Shown: positions 1-8,863 of the stretch, piece by piece
Layout: every line of letters begins with the position of its first letter
Numbering within the stretch: position 1 is the stretch's first letter
Assembly: GCA_023267635.1 (NCBI GenBank)
Contig: JAHFMX010000004.1
Coordinates: forward strand, 2,837-66,836
Length of the DNA: 64,000 bases
Source: a bacterium
GTDB lineage: Bacteria > Patescibacteriota > Minisyncoccia > Phycocordibacterales > UBA5272
Direction of reading: 5' to 3'
Made by a program: the position numbers and the translations under genes
Notes under the pieces: model-generated
Told to the model about the DNA's origin: nothing
Seen by the model: the letters and a program-made list of their open reading frames with translations, nothing else
Database searches by the model: none

Positions 1-303
1 TTTAAAACAAGGCCGTTTCTGGCTTGAAATACAACAGAAGCTTGCGTGCTCGGTCCAGACCGTACATTTACGCATATTCCTTCATGTGAAGGACCACAAC
101 TTTCTATTACTTGCACATAGTCAAAAAGAACAGGCTCCGTATCGAGTGTGTTCTTAACAGTTGTGATTACTTGTTGTACGATTTCATTTTCAACTAACGC
201 TCCGCCAATTGGTTCCCACGCCAATCTCACCAGAATTACGATAGCAACGATACTAACCCCACAGATGATGTAGAGCTTATCTTTATGTTGTAGACTCTTC
301 ATA
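1..303 (-). CDS. partial hypothetical membrane protein (N-terminal part; runs off window start)
   Basis: Manual minus-strand translation from ATG (revcomp of 301-303): MKSLQHKDKLYIICGVSIVAIVILVRLAWEPIGG...; hydrophobic N-terminus; no stop before window edge, so not in ORF track. Confidence 0.35.
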
Positions 304-362
304 TGTTTGATTCTATAGGAATCAGAGACAATCCACAAACTTCGAAATCAATTTTTTCGACA

Positions 363-371
363 TGGTATACT
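363..371 (+). promoter_or_regulatory. extended -10 box TGGTATACT upstream of parB
   Basis: catGGTATACTc 17 nt before ATG 388; same TGGTAtAcT motif recurs before several genes. Confidence 0.4.
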
Positions 372-387
372 CATCAGATAAAAGAGT

Positions 388-1533
388 ATGGCACACGTAG
401 AGACATCAATTTTTTGGATAGAAACAGATAAGATCGTACCAAACCCGTATCAGCCACGACGGGAATTTGATGCTGATAGATTAAAAGAACTCTCAGATAG
501 TATTCGTCAGTACGGAGTGCTTCAGCCGCTTGTTGTTTCAAGAATGGAAACAAGTTTAGAAGATGGTGGAGTGAAGGTGGAGTATGAACTCATCGCAGGA
601 GAGCGACGACTTCGTGCTTCAAAAATGGCAGGGGTCACACAAGTACCAGTTGTTGTTCGTACAGGAGATGACAGTCGTGCAAAATTAGAACTCGCTATCA
701 TTGAAAACCTTCAGCGTGAAGATTTGAATGCTGTTGAGCGTGCACAATCATTCCAGCGTCTTGCTGATGAGTTTAAATTAAATTGGACAGAGGTAGGAAA
801 GAAGATGGGTAAGAGTCGAGAGTATGTTTCAAACACTGTGCGTATCCTAATGCTCCCTCAAGATATTTTGGATGCGCTTTCAAAAGGTCAAATAAGTGAA
901 GGTCATACCCGACCACTTCTTATGCTCATTGATCGACCACAGGAGCAGATGACTTTATTTAAAGAAATGATGGTGCGAAAGATGACGGTTCGTGAAGCAG
1001 AACAAATTGCACGACGTATCGCATTTGAAAAAGTTCGTAAAAAGGATTTGTTTATGACACCTGATGTTGTGGATATGGAAGAGAAGCTTGCTGAGACGCT
1101 TGGTACTCGTGTTCAGATTGAGCCACGCGAACGCGGAGGACGTATTTGGATCGATTATTTTTCTCACGAAGAACTATTAGCGCTTTCTATTGCGATACGA
1201 AAAGCAGGGGAAGCGAAAACACATAAGGGAATGTTTGATAGATTGAAAGAAGAGGATATGCAAACGCTTGCTGAGCAGTCAGGAAGTCCTCGCCATATTC
1301 GTCCAGTAACCGAAGAAGAATTAACACATTTACAGCCACAAGCAACGCAGGAAGAAGTTCGTGAATTAGTTGATACTGCGGCTACACAGGTTTCGAGTGA
1401 AGCAATTGAGGAAGATATCGAGGACACTATCTACGAGCCAACAGACACACTTGTGGACGACAGGTCAATTCAAGAAGTAAAAGAAGAGGAACAGAATGAT
1501 GATCTGTATAACGTGAAGAACTTCGCGATTTAG
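388..1533 (+). CDS. parB: ParB/Spo0J chromosome partitioning protein
   Basis: N-terminal ParB box (GERRLRASKMAG, VPVVV), HTH region, acidic C-terminal tail. Confidence 0.85.
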   Translation: MAHVETSIFWIETDKIVPNPYQPRREFDADRLKELSDSIRQYGVLQPLVVSRMETSLEDGGVKVEYELIAGERRLRASKMAGVTQVPVVVRTGDDSRAKLELAIIENLQREDLNAVERAQSFQRLADEFKLNWTEVGKKMGKSREYVSNTVRILMLPQDILDALSKGQISEGHTRPLLMLIDRPQEQMTLFKEMMVRKMTVREAEQIARRIAFEKVRKKDLFMTPDVVDMEEKLAETLGTRVQIEPRERGGRIWIDYFSHEELLALSIAIRKAGEAKTHKGMFDRLKEEDMQTLAEQSGSPRHIRPVTEEELTHLQPQATQEEVRELVDTAATQVSSEAIEEDIEDTIYEPTDTLVDDRSIQEVKEEEQNDDLYNVKNFAI

Positions 1534-1537
1534 TTCA

Positions 1538-1645
1538 TAAATCATCCTATCTACTTTGTCGCTACGGAATTTTTCTTCGTCAATGTACTATGTGTACATT
1601 TTCTAGAAAAATTTCTATGCTTCGCGTAGCTAGAATAATTTCTGA
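1538..1645 (+). repeat. 3'-UTR repeat family A, copy 1
   Basis: atcatcctatctactttgtcgctacggaatttttcttcgtcaatgta...gcttcgcgtagc; same core after the clpB and KH-domain genes; lies between stop codon and terminator. Confidence 0.6.
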
Positions 1646-1676
1646 ACTAAAAATCTTTCAAAGAGATAACAGTTAG

Positions 1677-1710
1677 AAAAAGACCGCAGCCGAAGGCTGC
1701 GGTCTTTTTC
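1677..1710. terminator. bidirectional rho-independent terminator
   Basis: aaaaaGACCGCAGCcgaagGCTGCGGTCtttttc; 9-bp GC stem flanked by A-run and T-run between convergent parB and rel. Confidence 0.7.
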
Positions 1711-1720
1711 TATTCCCTAA

Positions 1721-3217
1721 CTATCTTGTTAAGAATTTATCAATCAATCCTCCATGTTCACGGATGTGCTGGCGTATTTTTCTCTTAGCCATAGTGGTAC
1801 GTGCCATCTCAATCCATTTACGTTTTGGAAACGCGCTATCTTTTACATCAATCTCTATTACGTCGCGGTTTTTGAGTGTCGTATCAATTGGAACAAGTTT
1901 GCCATTTATTTTTGCACCAGCAACGTGGTCTCCAATTTTTGAGTGAACTGCGTATGCGAAATCAATTGGAGTTGATCCTTCAGGAAGGTCGATAACATCT
2001 CCTTTCGGTGTAAGAACAAATACACGCTTTTCAAAAAAGTCAGTCCGAAGGTTTTTCATAAACTCTTGGTGGTGCTCCACATCTTTTTGCCACTCAAGAA
2101 GATCTTTTGTCCAACCAATCTTTCTTTTTATTTCTTGCTCAGTCATGTTGCCATTTGCTTTACCAATTTCTTTATATGACAAATGAGAAGCAATACCGTA
2201 TTCAGCCTCTTCGTGCATATCTTTTGTTTTGATTTGAATTTCAAGCGTTGTTCCGTCTCCCGAGAAAATGGTTGTGTGGAGCGATCGGTAGCCGTTTGGT
2301 TTAGGCACCGCAATATAGTCCTTGAAGCGGCCTGGAACAGGTCTGTAGAGCCCGTGGATGACCCCAAGAGCCTGATAACAGTCAGAAGGTGATGGTACAA
2401 GTATACGAAGGGCAATCACATCGTAAATCTTGCTCTGGTCCATTTTATAGCGCTTTAGTTTATGCCACAATGAATAGAGGTGTTTGATACGTGAGTCGAT
2501 ACGTTCAATGCGAACGTCAAAGATTGAAAGTTCTTCTTCTAATTTTCCTACCACTTTTTCAAGTTGTTCATCAGAGATAGGGCGGAGAGATTTAAAGAGC
2601 TCAACAGTTTGTTTGTACTCTTCAGGATACACATAAGGAAATGCTGCGTCTTCAAGTTCTGCTTTTAATCGTCCCATACCCAAACGGTCAGCAAGACGGG
2701 CGTGGAGTTCTATTGTTTCGAGTGCGATGCGTTGCTGTTTATGTGCGTCTACATATTGTAGTGTCTGAATATTGTGAAGTCTGTCGCAGAGTTTAATAAC
2801 CACCACACGAATATCGTCCGCCATAGCAACGAAAAATTTTCGTAGTGATTCCACGTGACGCTCTACACCTGAGTATCGTAGCTTGCCAAGTTTTGTTACC
2901 CCTTGAACGAGTTTAGTGATGTGCCCACCAAATTCTGCAGTCATTTCTTCCTCTGTAACATCTGTGTCTTCAAGTACGTCATGCATGATTCCAGCAGCGA
3001 TGGTATCACTGTCCATTTTAAGGGTGGCAAGATTGTATCCTGTTGCAAATACGTGGTTGTAGTAGGGTTCACCTGATTTGCGCACCTGTCCACGGTGGGC
3101 TTTTTCTGCGAAAACGCAAGCACGAGAAATGAGCTCCTTTTCGGATTTTGGTAGTTTCGGCAGTAGTTCAAAAATTCTCTCGGGAGAGGTGTCCATCTCC
3201 TTACAATACCACAGCAA
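1721..3217 (-). CDS. rel: short bifunctional (p)ppGpp synthetase/hydrolase (RelA/SpoT family; HD + synthetase + TGS, no ACT)
   Basis: HD motif (HDVLEDT), RelA_SpoT synthetase core (RFKDYIAVPKPNGYRSLHT), C-terminal TGS-like region; 498 aa. Confidence 0.85.
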   Translation of the reverse strand: MLWYCKEMDTSPERIFELLPKLPKSEKELISRACVFAEKAHRGQVRKSGEPYYNHVFATGYNLATLKMDSDTIAAGIMHDVLEDTDVTEEEMTAEFGGHITKLVQGVTKLGKLRYSGVERHVESLRKFFVAMADDIRVVVIKLCDRLHNIQTLQYVDAHKQQRIALETIELHARLADRLGMGRLKAELEDAAFPYVYPEEYKQTVELFKSLRPISDEQLEKVVGKLEEELSIFDVRIERIDSRIKHLYSLWHKLKRYKMDQSKIYDVIALRILVPSPSDCYQALGVIHGLYRPVPGRFKDYIAVPKPNGYRSLHTTIFSGDGTTLEIQIKTKDMHEEAEYGIASHLSYKEIGKANGNMTEQEIKRKIGWTKDLLEWQKDVEHHQEFMKNLRTDFFEKRVFVLTPKGDVIDLPEGSTPIDFAYAVHSKIGDHVAGAKINGKLVPIDTTLKNRDVIEIDVKDSAFPKRKWIEMARTTMAKRKIRQHIREHGGLIDKFLTR

Positions 3218-3233
3218 AGAATGTTTTCAAGAA

Positions 3234-5453
3234 TTATTTCTTCGCTTCTCCCATCTTGTGTGGATTGTGCATTGGGCACGTTTTATCTGAACATCTTTCT
3301 GGGATAGTTTTCGTTCCTTCCATCATAAGTTCTTTACAGATTGGACAGCGATTACCTGTTGGTTTTGTTTTGATTGCATGTTTACAGTCAGGGTAGTTAG
3401 TACATGAGTAGAACACTCCAAAGCGTCCTCGGCGTTCTTCAAATACTCCGTCAGCACACCAACCACATGAAATACCAGTTGATTTTTTCTTACGCTCTTC
3501 TTCGTCTTGTTCAATATATTTACACTTAGGATAATTTGAACAGGCGATAAACTTCCCGTAACGTCCTTCACGTTCCATTAATTCACCACCGCCATTTTTG
3601 CCAGTGATGTCTCCACACTTAGGACATTTTCGTCCAAGAGACTTTGGTCCTTCCATGACACTGCCATCGAGTTTTCGTGCGCCCATACAATCAGGGTATC
3701 GTGCACAAGAGTAAAACTTTCCTGTACGAGCAAGTTTAATTACCATCTTTGAATTACAAAGAGGACAGAGAATATCATCAGGTGCTTCACCTAGATTCGT
3801 CGCTTTCTCAAGTTTCTCTTTTGATTTCACATCCTTAAGAAAAGGTCCGTAGAAATCTTTGAGTGTCTTCAAATAGGTTGCTTCTCCATTAGCAATTTTG
3901 TCGAGCTTATCTTCCATGTCCGCAGTGAAGGTGTCAGAAATATATTCACCGAGTTGTTCTTCGAGGAATGAGGTAACCACTTCTCCTGTATCCGTTGGGT
4001 GAAGCGCTTTGTTTATTTTTTCTACATATCCACGAGCTTCGATGGTTCCAATAATAGAAGCGTACGTTGAAGGTCGTCCAATACCACGCTTTTCCAATTC
4101 TTTAATAAGTCCAGCTTCAGAATAACGTGCTGGTGGTTGCGTTTGCTTTTCGATTGATTGGAGTGTCGTGAGAGTGAGTGTGCTTCCAACAGTAAGTTCT
4201 GGTAACTGTACATCATCTCCGCGAGCATCAGGATCTGCCATAAGCCATCCTTGGAATGTAACAACAGAACCAGTTACTGAAAAGTTTGGAATTGTTTCTT
4301 TAGATCCAACAATGTTTGCAATCACTTTTGAACGTCTGAGTTTTGCATCTTTCATTTGACTCGATACCGTTCTTTCCCAAATGAGAGAATAGAGTTTCTT
4401 TTCATCATCAGTTGTTCCAGCAGTACGCGCACTCGCATGTGTTGGACGAATCGCTTCATGGGCTTCCTGTGCGTTTTTTGCTTTTGTCTTATATGTTCGA
4501 ACTTCAAGGAAGTTTTTCCCGAAGATATTTTCTACTGTCGTAGCAATTTCGCCAAGTGCTGTACTTGAAAGAGTTGTAGAGTCTGTACGCATGTAGGTAA
4601 TGAGACCTTTTTCGTAGAGCTTCTGAGCGATTCCCATAGTACGAGACGGAGCATATCCTAAACGAGATGATGCTGTCTGTTGCAACGTTGAAGTTGTAAA
4701 TGGTGCACGAGGTGAACGTGATACATCTGATCCGTCGAGCGCTGTTACTTCCCACGCATGTTTACGTCCAAGAGAAACGATACGCTCAGCTTCTCCTTGT
4801 ACAGTAGGTTCAACTTCACACTCCATTGCAAGCGTGTAGCTTTTACTTTCTTTCATTCTTCCTTCTGTTTTCCATTCACCAGCTAGTACGAAATACGTCA
4901 CAGGGATGAACGCTCTGATTTCTCTTTCACGTTCCATAACAATACGAAGTGCAGGGGATTGTACTCGCCCAGCAGAAAGTCCGTAACGAACTTTTTTCCA
5001 GATAATGCCCGAAAGATCATATCCAACCAAACGATCAAGCACACGACGAGCTTCTTGGGCTTCCTTTAAGTTATTGTCGATTTCTCGAGGTTGCTTGATG
5101 GCTTCTTTAATAGCGCTTTCTGTAATTTCGTGGAAAGCTACACGTTTTGCGTTCTTAAGTCCAATAGCTTCTTTAATGTGCCATGCGATAGCCTCTCCTT
5201 CACGGTCGGGGTCGGTTGCGAGTAGTACAGTAGTAGCCTTCTTTGAAAGCATCTTAAGTTCTTCTACTATTTTTTCTTTCCCTGCAGAGATTTCATAGTG
5301 CGGAATAAACCCACCTTCAATGTCGATTGCCTTCTTGTTTGATTTAGGAAGATCACGTATGTGTCCAACGGACGCGCGCACTTCAAATTCACCGCCGAGA
5401 TATTTGGCGATGGTCTTTGCTTTCGATGGGCTTTCTACAATTAATAGTTTCAT
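3234..5453 (-). CDS. topA: DNA topoisomerase I
   Basis: Toprim N-terminus MKLLIVESPSKAKTIAKYLGG, active-site region, multiple C-terminal Cys4 zinc ribbons. Confidence 0.9.
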   Translation of the reverse strand: MKLLIVESPSKAKTIAKYLGGEFEVRASVGHIRDLPKSNKKAIDIEGGFIPHYEISAGKEKIVEELKMLSKKATTVLLATDPDREGEAIAWHIKEAIGLKNAKRVAFHEITESAIKEAIKQPREIDNNLKEAQEARRVLDRLVGYDLSGIIWKKVRYGLSAGRVQSPALRIVMEREREIRAFIPVTYFVLAGEWKTEGRMKESKSYTLAMECEVEPTVQGEAERIVSLGRKHAWEVTALDGSDVSRSPRAPFTTSTLQQTASSRLGYAPSRTMGIAQKLYEKGLITYMRTDSTTLSSTALGEIATTVENIFGKNFLEVRTYKTKAKNAQEAHEAIRPTHASARTAGTTDDEKKLYSLIWERTVSSQMKDAKLRRSKVIANIVGSKETIPNFSVTGSVVTFQGWLMADPDARGDDVQLPELTVGSTLTLTTLQSIEKQTQPPARYSEAGLIKELEKRGIGRPSTYASIIGTIEARGYVEKINKALHPTDTGEVVTSFLEEQLGEYISDTFTADMEDKLDKIANGEATYLKTLKDFYGPFLKDVKSKEKLEKATNLGEAPDDILCPLCNSKMVIKLARTGKFYSCARYPDCMGARKLDGSVMEGPKSLGRKCPKCGDITGKNGGGELMEREGRYGKFIACSNYPKCKYIEQDEEERKKKSTGISCGWCADGVFEERRGRFGVFYSCTNYPDCKHAIKTKPTGNRCPICKELMMEGTKTIPERCSDKTCPMHNPHKMGEAKK

Positions 5454-5467
5454 AAGTCATTCGTACA

Positions 5468-6364
5468 TTACACTACTTTTCTAACTTCGCCAAATGTCTC
5501 CTGTATAGAACCTTTCATTTCAAGTGATGAAAGTGTCATAAGAAATTGATCAGGAGGCAGTTCACTTCGCACGAGTAATGTATCTTTTTCTAAAGGTTCA
5601 GTAAGTAAATCTAAAATCTTCTTTTCTTCTTTTGAGTATACTTGCTCATCTTCTTTTTCTTCTCTTTTTTCTAAGTGAAGGAGATCATGAAGATCGTCAG
5701 CATTACGCAGAATATATGCTCCTTCTTTAATTAACATATTTGTTCCATAGGAAGATTCAGAAAAAATATCTCCAGGAAGTGCTCCTATGTCACGTCCTAA
5801 TTCAAGTGCCTGTCGTGCGGTTATCAGTGTGCCTGATTTTTCTGTTGCTTCAACCACGAAGAGTGCGTCTGATAGTGCTGCCATAATACGATTTCGTGCT
5901 GGGAAGGTCCATTGTGCGGCAGACATCTCTGGCGCGAATTCTGAAAGTAATACTCCACCTGAAGCAACAATCTGTTCAGCTAACCCTAGATTAGTTCTGG
6001 GGTAGATAACCTTAGTATCAAGTCCGCTTCCAGGAACCGCAATGGTTACCAGATTATTTCTGAGAGCTGCTTCATGACTTAGTCCATCAACACCAAGCGC
6101 AAGGCCAGAAAGAATAATAACAGGCTCTCCGCGAAGTGAGCCAAGTAATTTCTCTACAGCAAGTTTTCCGTAGCTGGTATATTTTCGTGATCCAATGACC
6201 GTGAGAATACGTGGAGTTGCGCGACCGTATATATCGAGCGTTACTTTTGGGAGCGTTCCTGCAACGTAGAGTTGCTCAGGTACATCGTGGAGTTCAAGTA
6301 AGCGCGCAAGAAGTGGATGGTTTTTAAATTCTTCACGCGGGATAATTGAAAGAGGAAAGGGCAT
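5468..6364 (-). CDS. dprA: DNA processing protein DprA/Smf
   Basis: Rossmann core SGLALGVDGLSHEAAL; classic dprA-topA adjacency. Confidence 0.85.
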   Translation of the reverse strand: MPFPLSIIPREEFKNHPLLARLLELHDVPEQLYVAGTLPKVTLDIYGRATPRILTVIGSRKYTSYGKLAVEKLLGSLRGEPVIILSGLALGVDGLSHEAALRNNLVTIAVPGSGLDTKVIYPRTNLGLAEQIVASGGVLLSEFAPEMSAAQWTFPARNRIMAALSDALFVVEATEKSGTLITARQALELGRDIGALPGDIFSESSYGTNMLIKEGAYILRNADDLHDLLHLEKREEKEDEQVYSKEEKKILDLLTEPLEKDTLLVRSELPPDQFLMTLSSLEMKGSIQETFGEVRKVV

Positions 6365-6414
6365 GAGCTCAGTCTATAGGTAATAGTCATTAGATGGTAG
6401 TGGAGAATACAAAA

Positions 6415-6492
6415 GTGCCCCGACGCGCAGGACTACGATTTCAAAAAATTGATTACAATTTAAGAAATCGGGAGTCTACGACGTCGGGGCAC
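6415..6492 (-). repeat. hairpin repeat family B, copy a (inverted relative to other copies)
   Basis: gtgccccgacg...cccgatttcttaaattgtaatcaa...gaaatcg...cgtcggggcac; terminal inverted repeats plus nested internal inverted repeats; homologous to 23663-23747 and 47191-47251. Confidence 0.55.
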
Positions 6493-6496
6493 GAAT

Positions 6497-7243
6497 TCAG
6501 AAGCAGGCTAGTCCACCACTATGTGGGTATGGAATTGAGTGTGCCTTAAGAGCGGTAACAGAGATGCCATTTTTACTTGTCTCAACGGATGACCAATTAC
6601 TGCGAATGAATTTCCAGTCCCGCGTTACAATCCTTGGCTGTCCGAAGAGTGGCCACAGTATTTTTTCTGAAAGAGTTTCGGGTTGCAGCACTCCGCGCGC
6701 AACAAAATGAACTTCATCCACCATGTTTACGGCCGCCTTCGGCGGAACACCTATCTGAAGTACCGAGCTTTTGCCAGCAGGGACAATTGAACACCCTTTC
6801 GGCGGAATATTTGCAAACGGCGTTGCGTCGTTACGAGATTCCTCGTAACGAATATAGGTGATGCCATTTGCCGTGAAGCTGGTCTCGCTCCCTTCTTGTA
6901 CTGGTTGGAAATAGAGCTTGCCTGGCACTGGAGGTAAATCCCCGCTTTCTAATTGGACGAAAAGAGCAACTTTACCTGATCTTTCTTCTGGATGTGTAAA
7001 AGAAAATTTTACAAAATCAGGATGAACGAAAAAGAAAACAAGCAAACTGGTTACGGCAAGGCGCCAGGTGTTGTGTTTTAGAAAATCTTTTCCTGCTGGC
7101 GTTTCCCATTGACTAGGGCGGTACCAAGCAAAAAATCCAACAATAGCTGCGAATAAACCGAGAAAGAGTTTGGAAATAACCCACACGATACCTTTTCCAG
7201 TACCTTCGCCAAGTTGTTCAGAAAGTTTATTAAAGCCACCCAT
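6497..7243 (-). CDS. hypothetical membrane-anchored protein
   Basis: ORF with N-terminal TM helices; no recognisable motif. Confidence 0.5.
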   Translation of the reverse strand: MGGFNKLSEQLGEGTGKGIVWVISKLFLGLFAAIVGFFAWYRPSQWETPAGKDFLKHNTWRLAVTSLLVFFFVHPDFVKFSFTHPEERSGKVALFVQLESGDLPPVPGKLYFQPVQEGSETSFTANGITYIRYEESRNDATPFANIPPKGCSIVPAGKSSVLQIGVPPKAAVNMVDEVHFVARGVLQPETLSEKILWPLFGQPRIVTRDWKFIRSNWSSVETSKNGISVTALKAHSIPYPHSGGLACF

Positions 7244-7377
7244 GACGGACCCCCTTTAGTAAAGAGCAGAATTTCTGTATCATACGAAAGAACAGTCGAA
7301 AAAGCAATTATGGAGAGTTTGCGCCCAGAAACACTTCATAGTAGTATTCGTCCCAGTTAAACAATGTTCTTTGGAGG

Positions 7378-8226
7378 ATGCATATGAAACTCTCACCAAC
7401 CGCTTCGCATGTTGTGGTCCTTTTGACTGGATTTATTGTTGCTAGTTCGGTATATCTTCTGTTGGCTGGAGAAGGATACTATTCTTTTGGTCCAGTACAC
7501 GTCTATCGAAACGGCCTCGCGGCGGCGCTGGCACTTGTTGTTTTTGGATTACTTGGTCGGTATTGGCATGTTTCAATCGAGCCCAACACTCAAGGTATCC
7601 AAGTGTTCCTCGGAACACAGAATGGTGAAGTGTGGAATGAAGGCAGTTTTCACTTCATACCTCGTCCCGTTTGGGATATTTGGAAATCGATGTCCGTTGA
7701 ACATTTTGTCTTTACTGTCGCGGCACAGAATCGCACCAGTGAAGGACATCAGATGATGGTGCTTGCCACAGGAAGGGCAATACCCACGGACGCATATGGG
7801 CTAGCAAAAGTAAGTCGAGAGGATCTGACCACCCAACTTATTGGACTCTCAATGCAAACAATTGGCGCATACATCAACAGAGAGCCCCGAGCGAACTTAT
7901 TAAGTTTTCCGGCTTACAACCTTTCTGAATGGTTTGTGTATGACCATCTACACCATGATTTCAACACGTACGGTGTACGAGTAAGTTTGAGCACTACCAA
8001 GGTGGTGGAAATAAATCCGAAAACCATGGAACAGTTTGATGCGCTTGCTCGGACCAAGGATATGGATGCCATCGTCCAGACTCTGAAGGTTTCATTCCCA
8101 GAAACTAGTGATATTGAGCGCTACGCCATCTATGCCACCATGGTAGGGATTAAACCCACGGTAATGACTCACATTATCAAAGGCGGAAACGGAAACATCA
8201 TTCTCGATGGGCATCAAGATACTTAA
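7378..8226 (+). CDS. SPFH/Band-7 (prohibitin-like) family membrane protein
   Basis: N-terminal TM followed by an SPFH-like beta-sheet region (VSIEPNTQGIQVF...GSFHFIPRP) and coiled C-terminus. Confidence 0.5.
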   Translation: MHMKLSPTASHVVVLLTGFIVASSVYLLLAGEGYYSFGPVHVYRNGLAAALALVVFGLLGRYWHVSIEPNTQGIQVFLGTQNGEVWNEGSFHFIPRPVWDIWKSMSVEHFVFTVAAQNRTSEGHQMMVLATGRAIPTDAYGLAKVSREDLTTQLIGLSMQTIGAYINREPRANLLSFPAYNLSEWFVYDHLHHDFNTYGVRVSLSTTKVVEINPKTMEQFDALARTKDMDAIVQTLKVSFPETSDIERYAIYATMVGIKPTVMTHIIKGGNGNIILDGHQDT

Positions 8227-8234
8227 AGGCAGCC

Positions 8235-8268
8235 AAAAGTGTAACCCGAGGGTTACACTTTTTAATTT
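8235..8268 (+). terminator. rho-independent terminator after SPFH gene
   Basis: AGTGTAACCCgagGGGTTACACTtttttaattt. Confidence 0.6.
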
Positions 8269-8270
8269 GT

Positions 8271-8305
8271 GCCCAGGGCGGGACTCGAACCCGCACGCTG
8301 TATAT
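8271..8305 (-). repeat. inverted 35-nt copy of the tRNA-Leu(TAA) 3' end (T-arm + acceptor); tRNA fragment, not a full gene
   Basis: revcomp = acagcgtgcgggttcgagtcccgccctgggcaca, identical to 8913-8947; no matching 5' acceptor strand or anticodon arm upstream. Confidence 0.5.
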
Positions 8306-8400
8306 CAGCTGAGGAAGTTGCGCTAAGTCTGTTTAATGTAGACAGAATTGAAGGCGGACAATCTCCTATAACCTAAAGTTCAGGTAAGTGAATGAACGCA

Positions 8401-8437
8401 AAACGCGGTCCCGTTAGGGACCGCGTTTTTCTTTTTG
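8401..8437. terminator. rho-independent terminator (bidirectional)
   Basis: AAACGCGGTCCCgttaGGGACCGCGTTTttctttttg. Confidence 0.55.
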
Positions 8438-8440
8438 ATG

Positions 8441-8513
8441 TGTCCCCAGAAGGGATCGAACCTTCGACCTGCGGATTAAGAGTCCGATGCTCTACCAGCT
8501 GAGCTATAGGGAC
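8441..8513 (-). tRNA. tRNA-Lys (CTT)
   Basis: Manual cloverleaf on minus strand: acceptor GTCCCTA/TGGGGAC, anticodon loop CTCTTAA, T-arm GAAGGTTCGATCCCTTC. Confidence 0.8.
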
Positions 8514-8623
8514 ATTGACACACGCAGAACACTATACCATAGTATGAAAAACTTTTCTAGATATGTTAGTATGGTATCTATTATGAGGGCGGAACCAAGA
8601 GGTTCCGCCCTCAATAAAAGAAT

Positions 8624-8697
8624 GACGCAGTGGCGAAGTGGCCTAACGCTGCGGTTTGCAAAACCGCCATTCGCGGGTTCGACTCCCGCCTGCGTCT
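8624..8697 (+). tRNA. tRNA-Cys (GCA)
   Basis: Acceptor GACGCAG/CTGCGTC, anticodon stem GCGGT/ACCGC with loop TTGCAAA, T-arm GCGGGTTCGACTCCCGC. Confidence 0.85.
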
Positions 8698-8715
8698 CAC
8701 GAAGTGAGTAAAGGA

Positions 8716-8739
8716 AAAAGCCACCTGCGTGGCTTTTGT
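8716..8739 (+). terminator. terminator hairpin after tRNA-Cys
   Basis: aAGCCACctgcGTGGCTtttg. Confidence 0.45.
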
Positions 8740-8811
8740 CGGGAGTCGAATAGGGGTCGCGAAGTCTTCTGTTTCGAGTATTCACGAAACTAGACTTTGT
8801 GACCGAATCTC

Positions 8812-8830
8812 CCCGCCTGCGTCTCACGAA
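8812..8830 (+). repeat. direct repeat of tRNA-Cys 3' end
   Basis: cccgcctgcgtctcacgaa identical to 8685-8703, 127 bp downstream; preceded by a degenerate T-arm-like gaccgaatctcccc and an inverted T-arm fragment gggagtcgaa (8741-8750). Confidence 0.5.
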
Positions 8831-8837
8831 AGGAATG

Positions 8838-8846
8838 TGCTAGAAT
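8838..8846 (+). promoter_or_regulatory. extended -10 box TGCTAGAAT upstream of tRNA-Leu(TAA)
   Basis: gtgcTAGAATacag 18 nt before tRNA start. Confidence 0.4.
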
Positions 8847-8863
8847 ACAGCCTATAAAACCCT

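Noticed and set aside
955-1427. Antisense ORFs inside parB (955-1167-, 1164-1427-) and many similar antisense or overlapping ORFs inside rel, topA, clpB, leuS, infB etc. from the ORF track
   Set aside because: - They lie entirely within well-supported conserved genes on the opposite strand.
- They have low-complexity translations and no start signals, so they are treated as spurious.
8271-8360. Possible full minus-strand tRNA at the inverted tRNA-Leu fragment
   Set aside because: - Only the T-arm/acceptor 3' half is present.
- No complementary 5' acceptor strand (gcccagg) and no anticodon stem can be found upstream, so it is a fragment.
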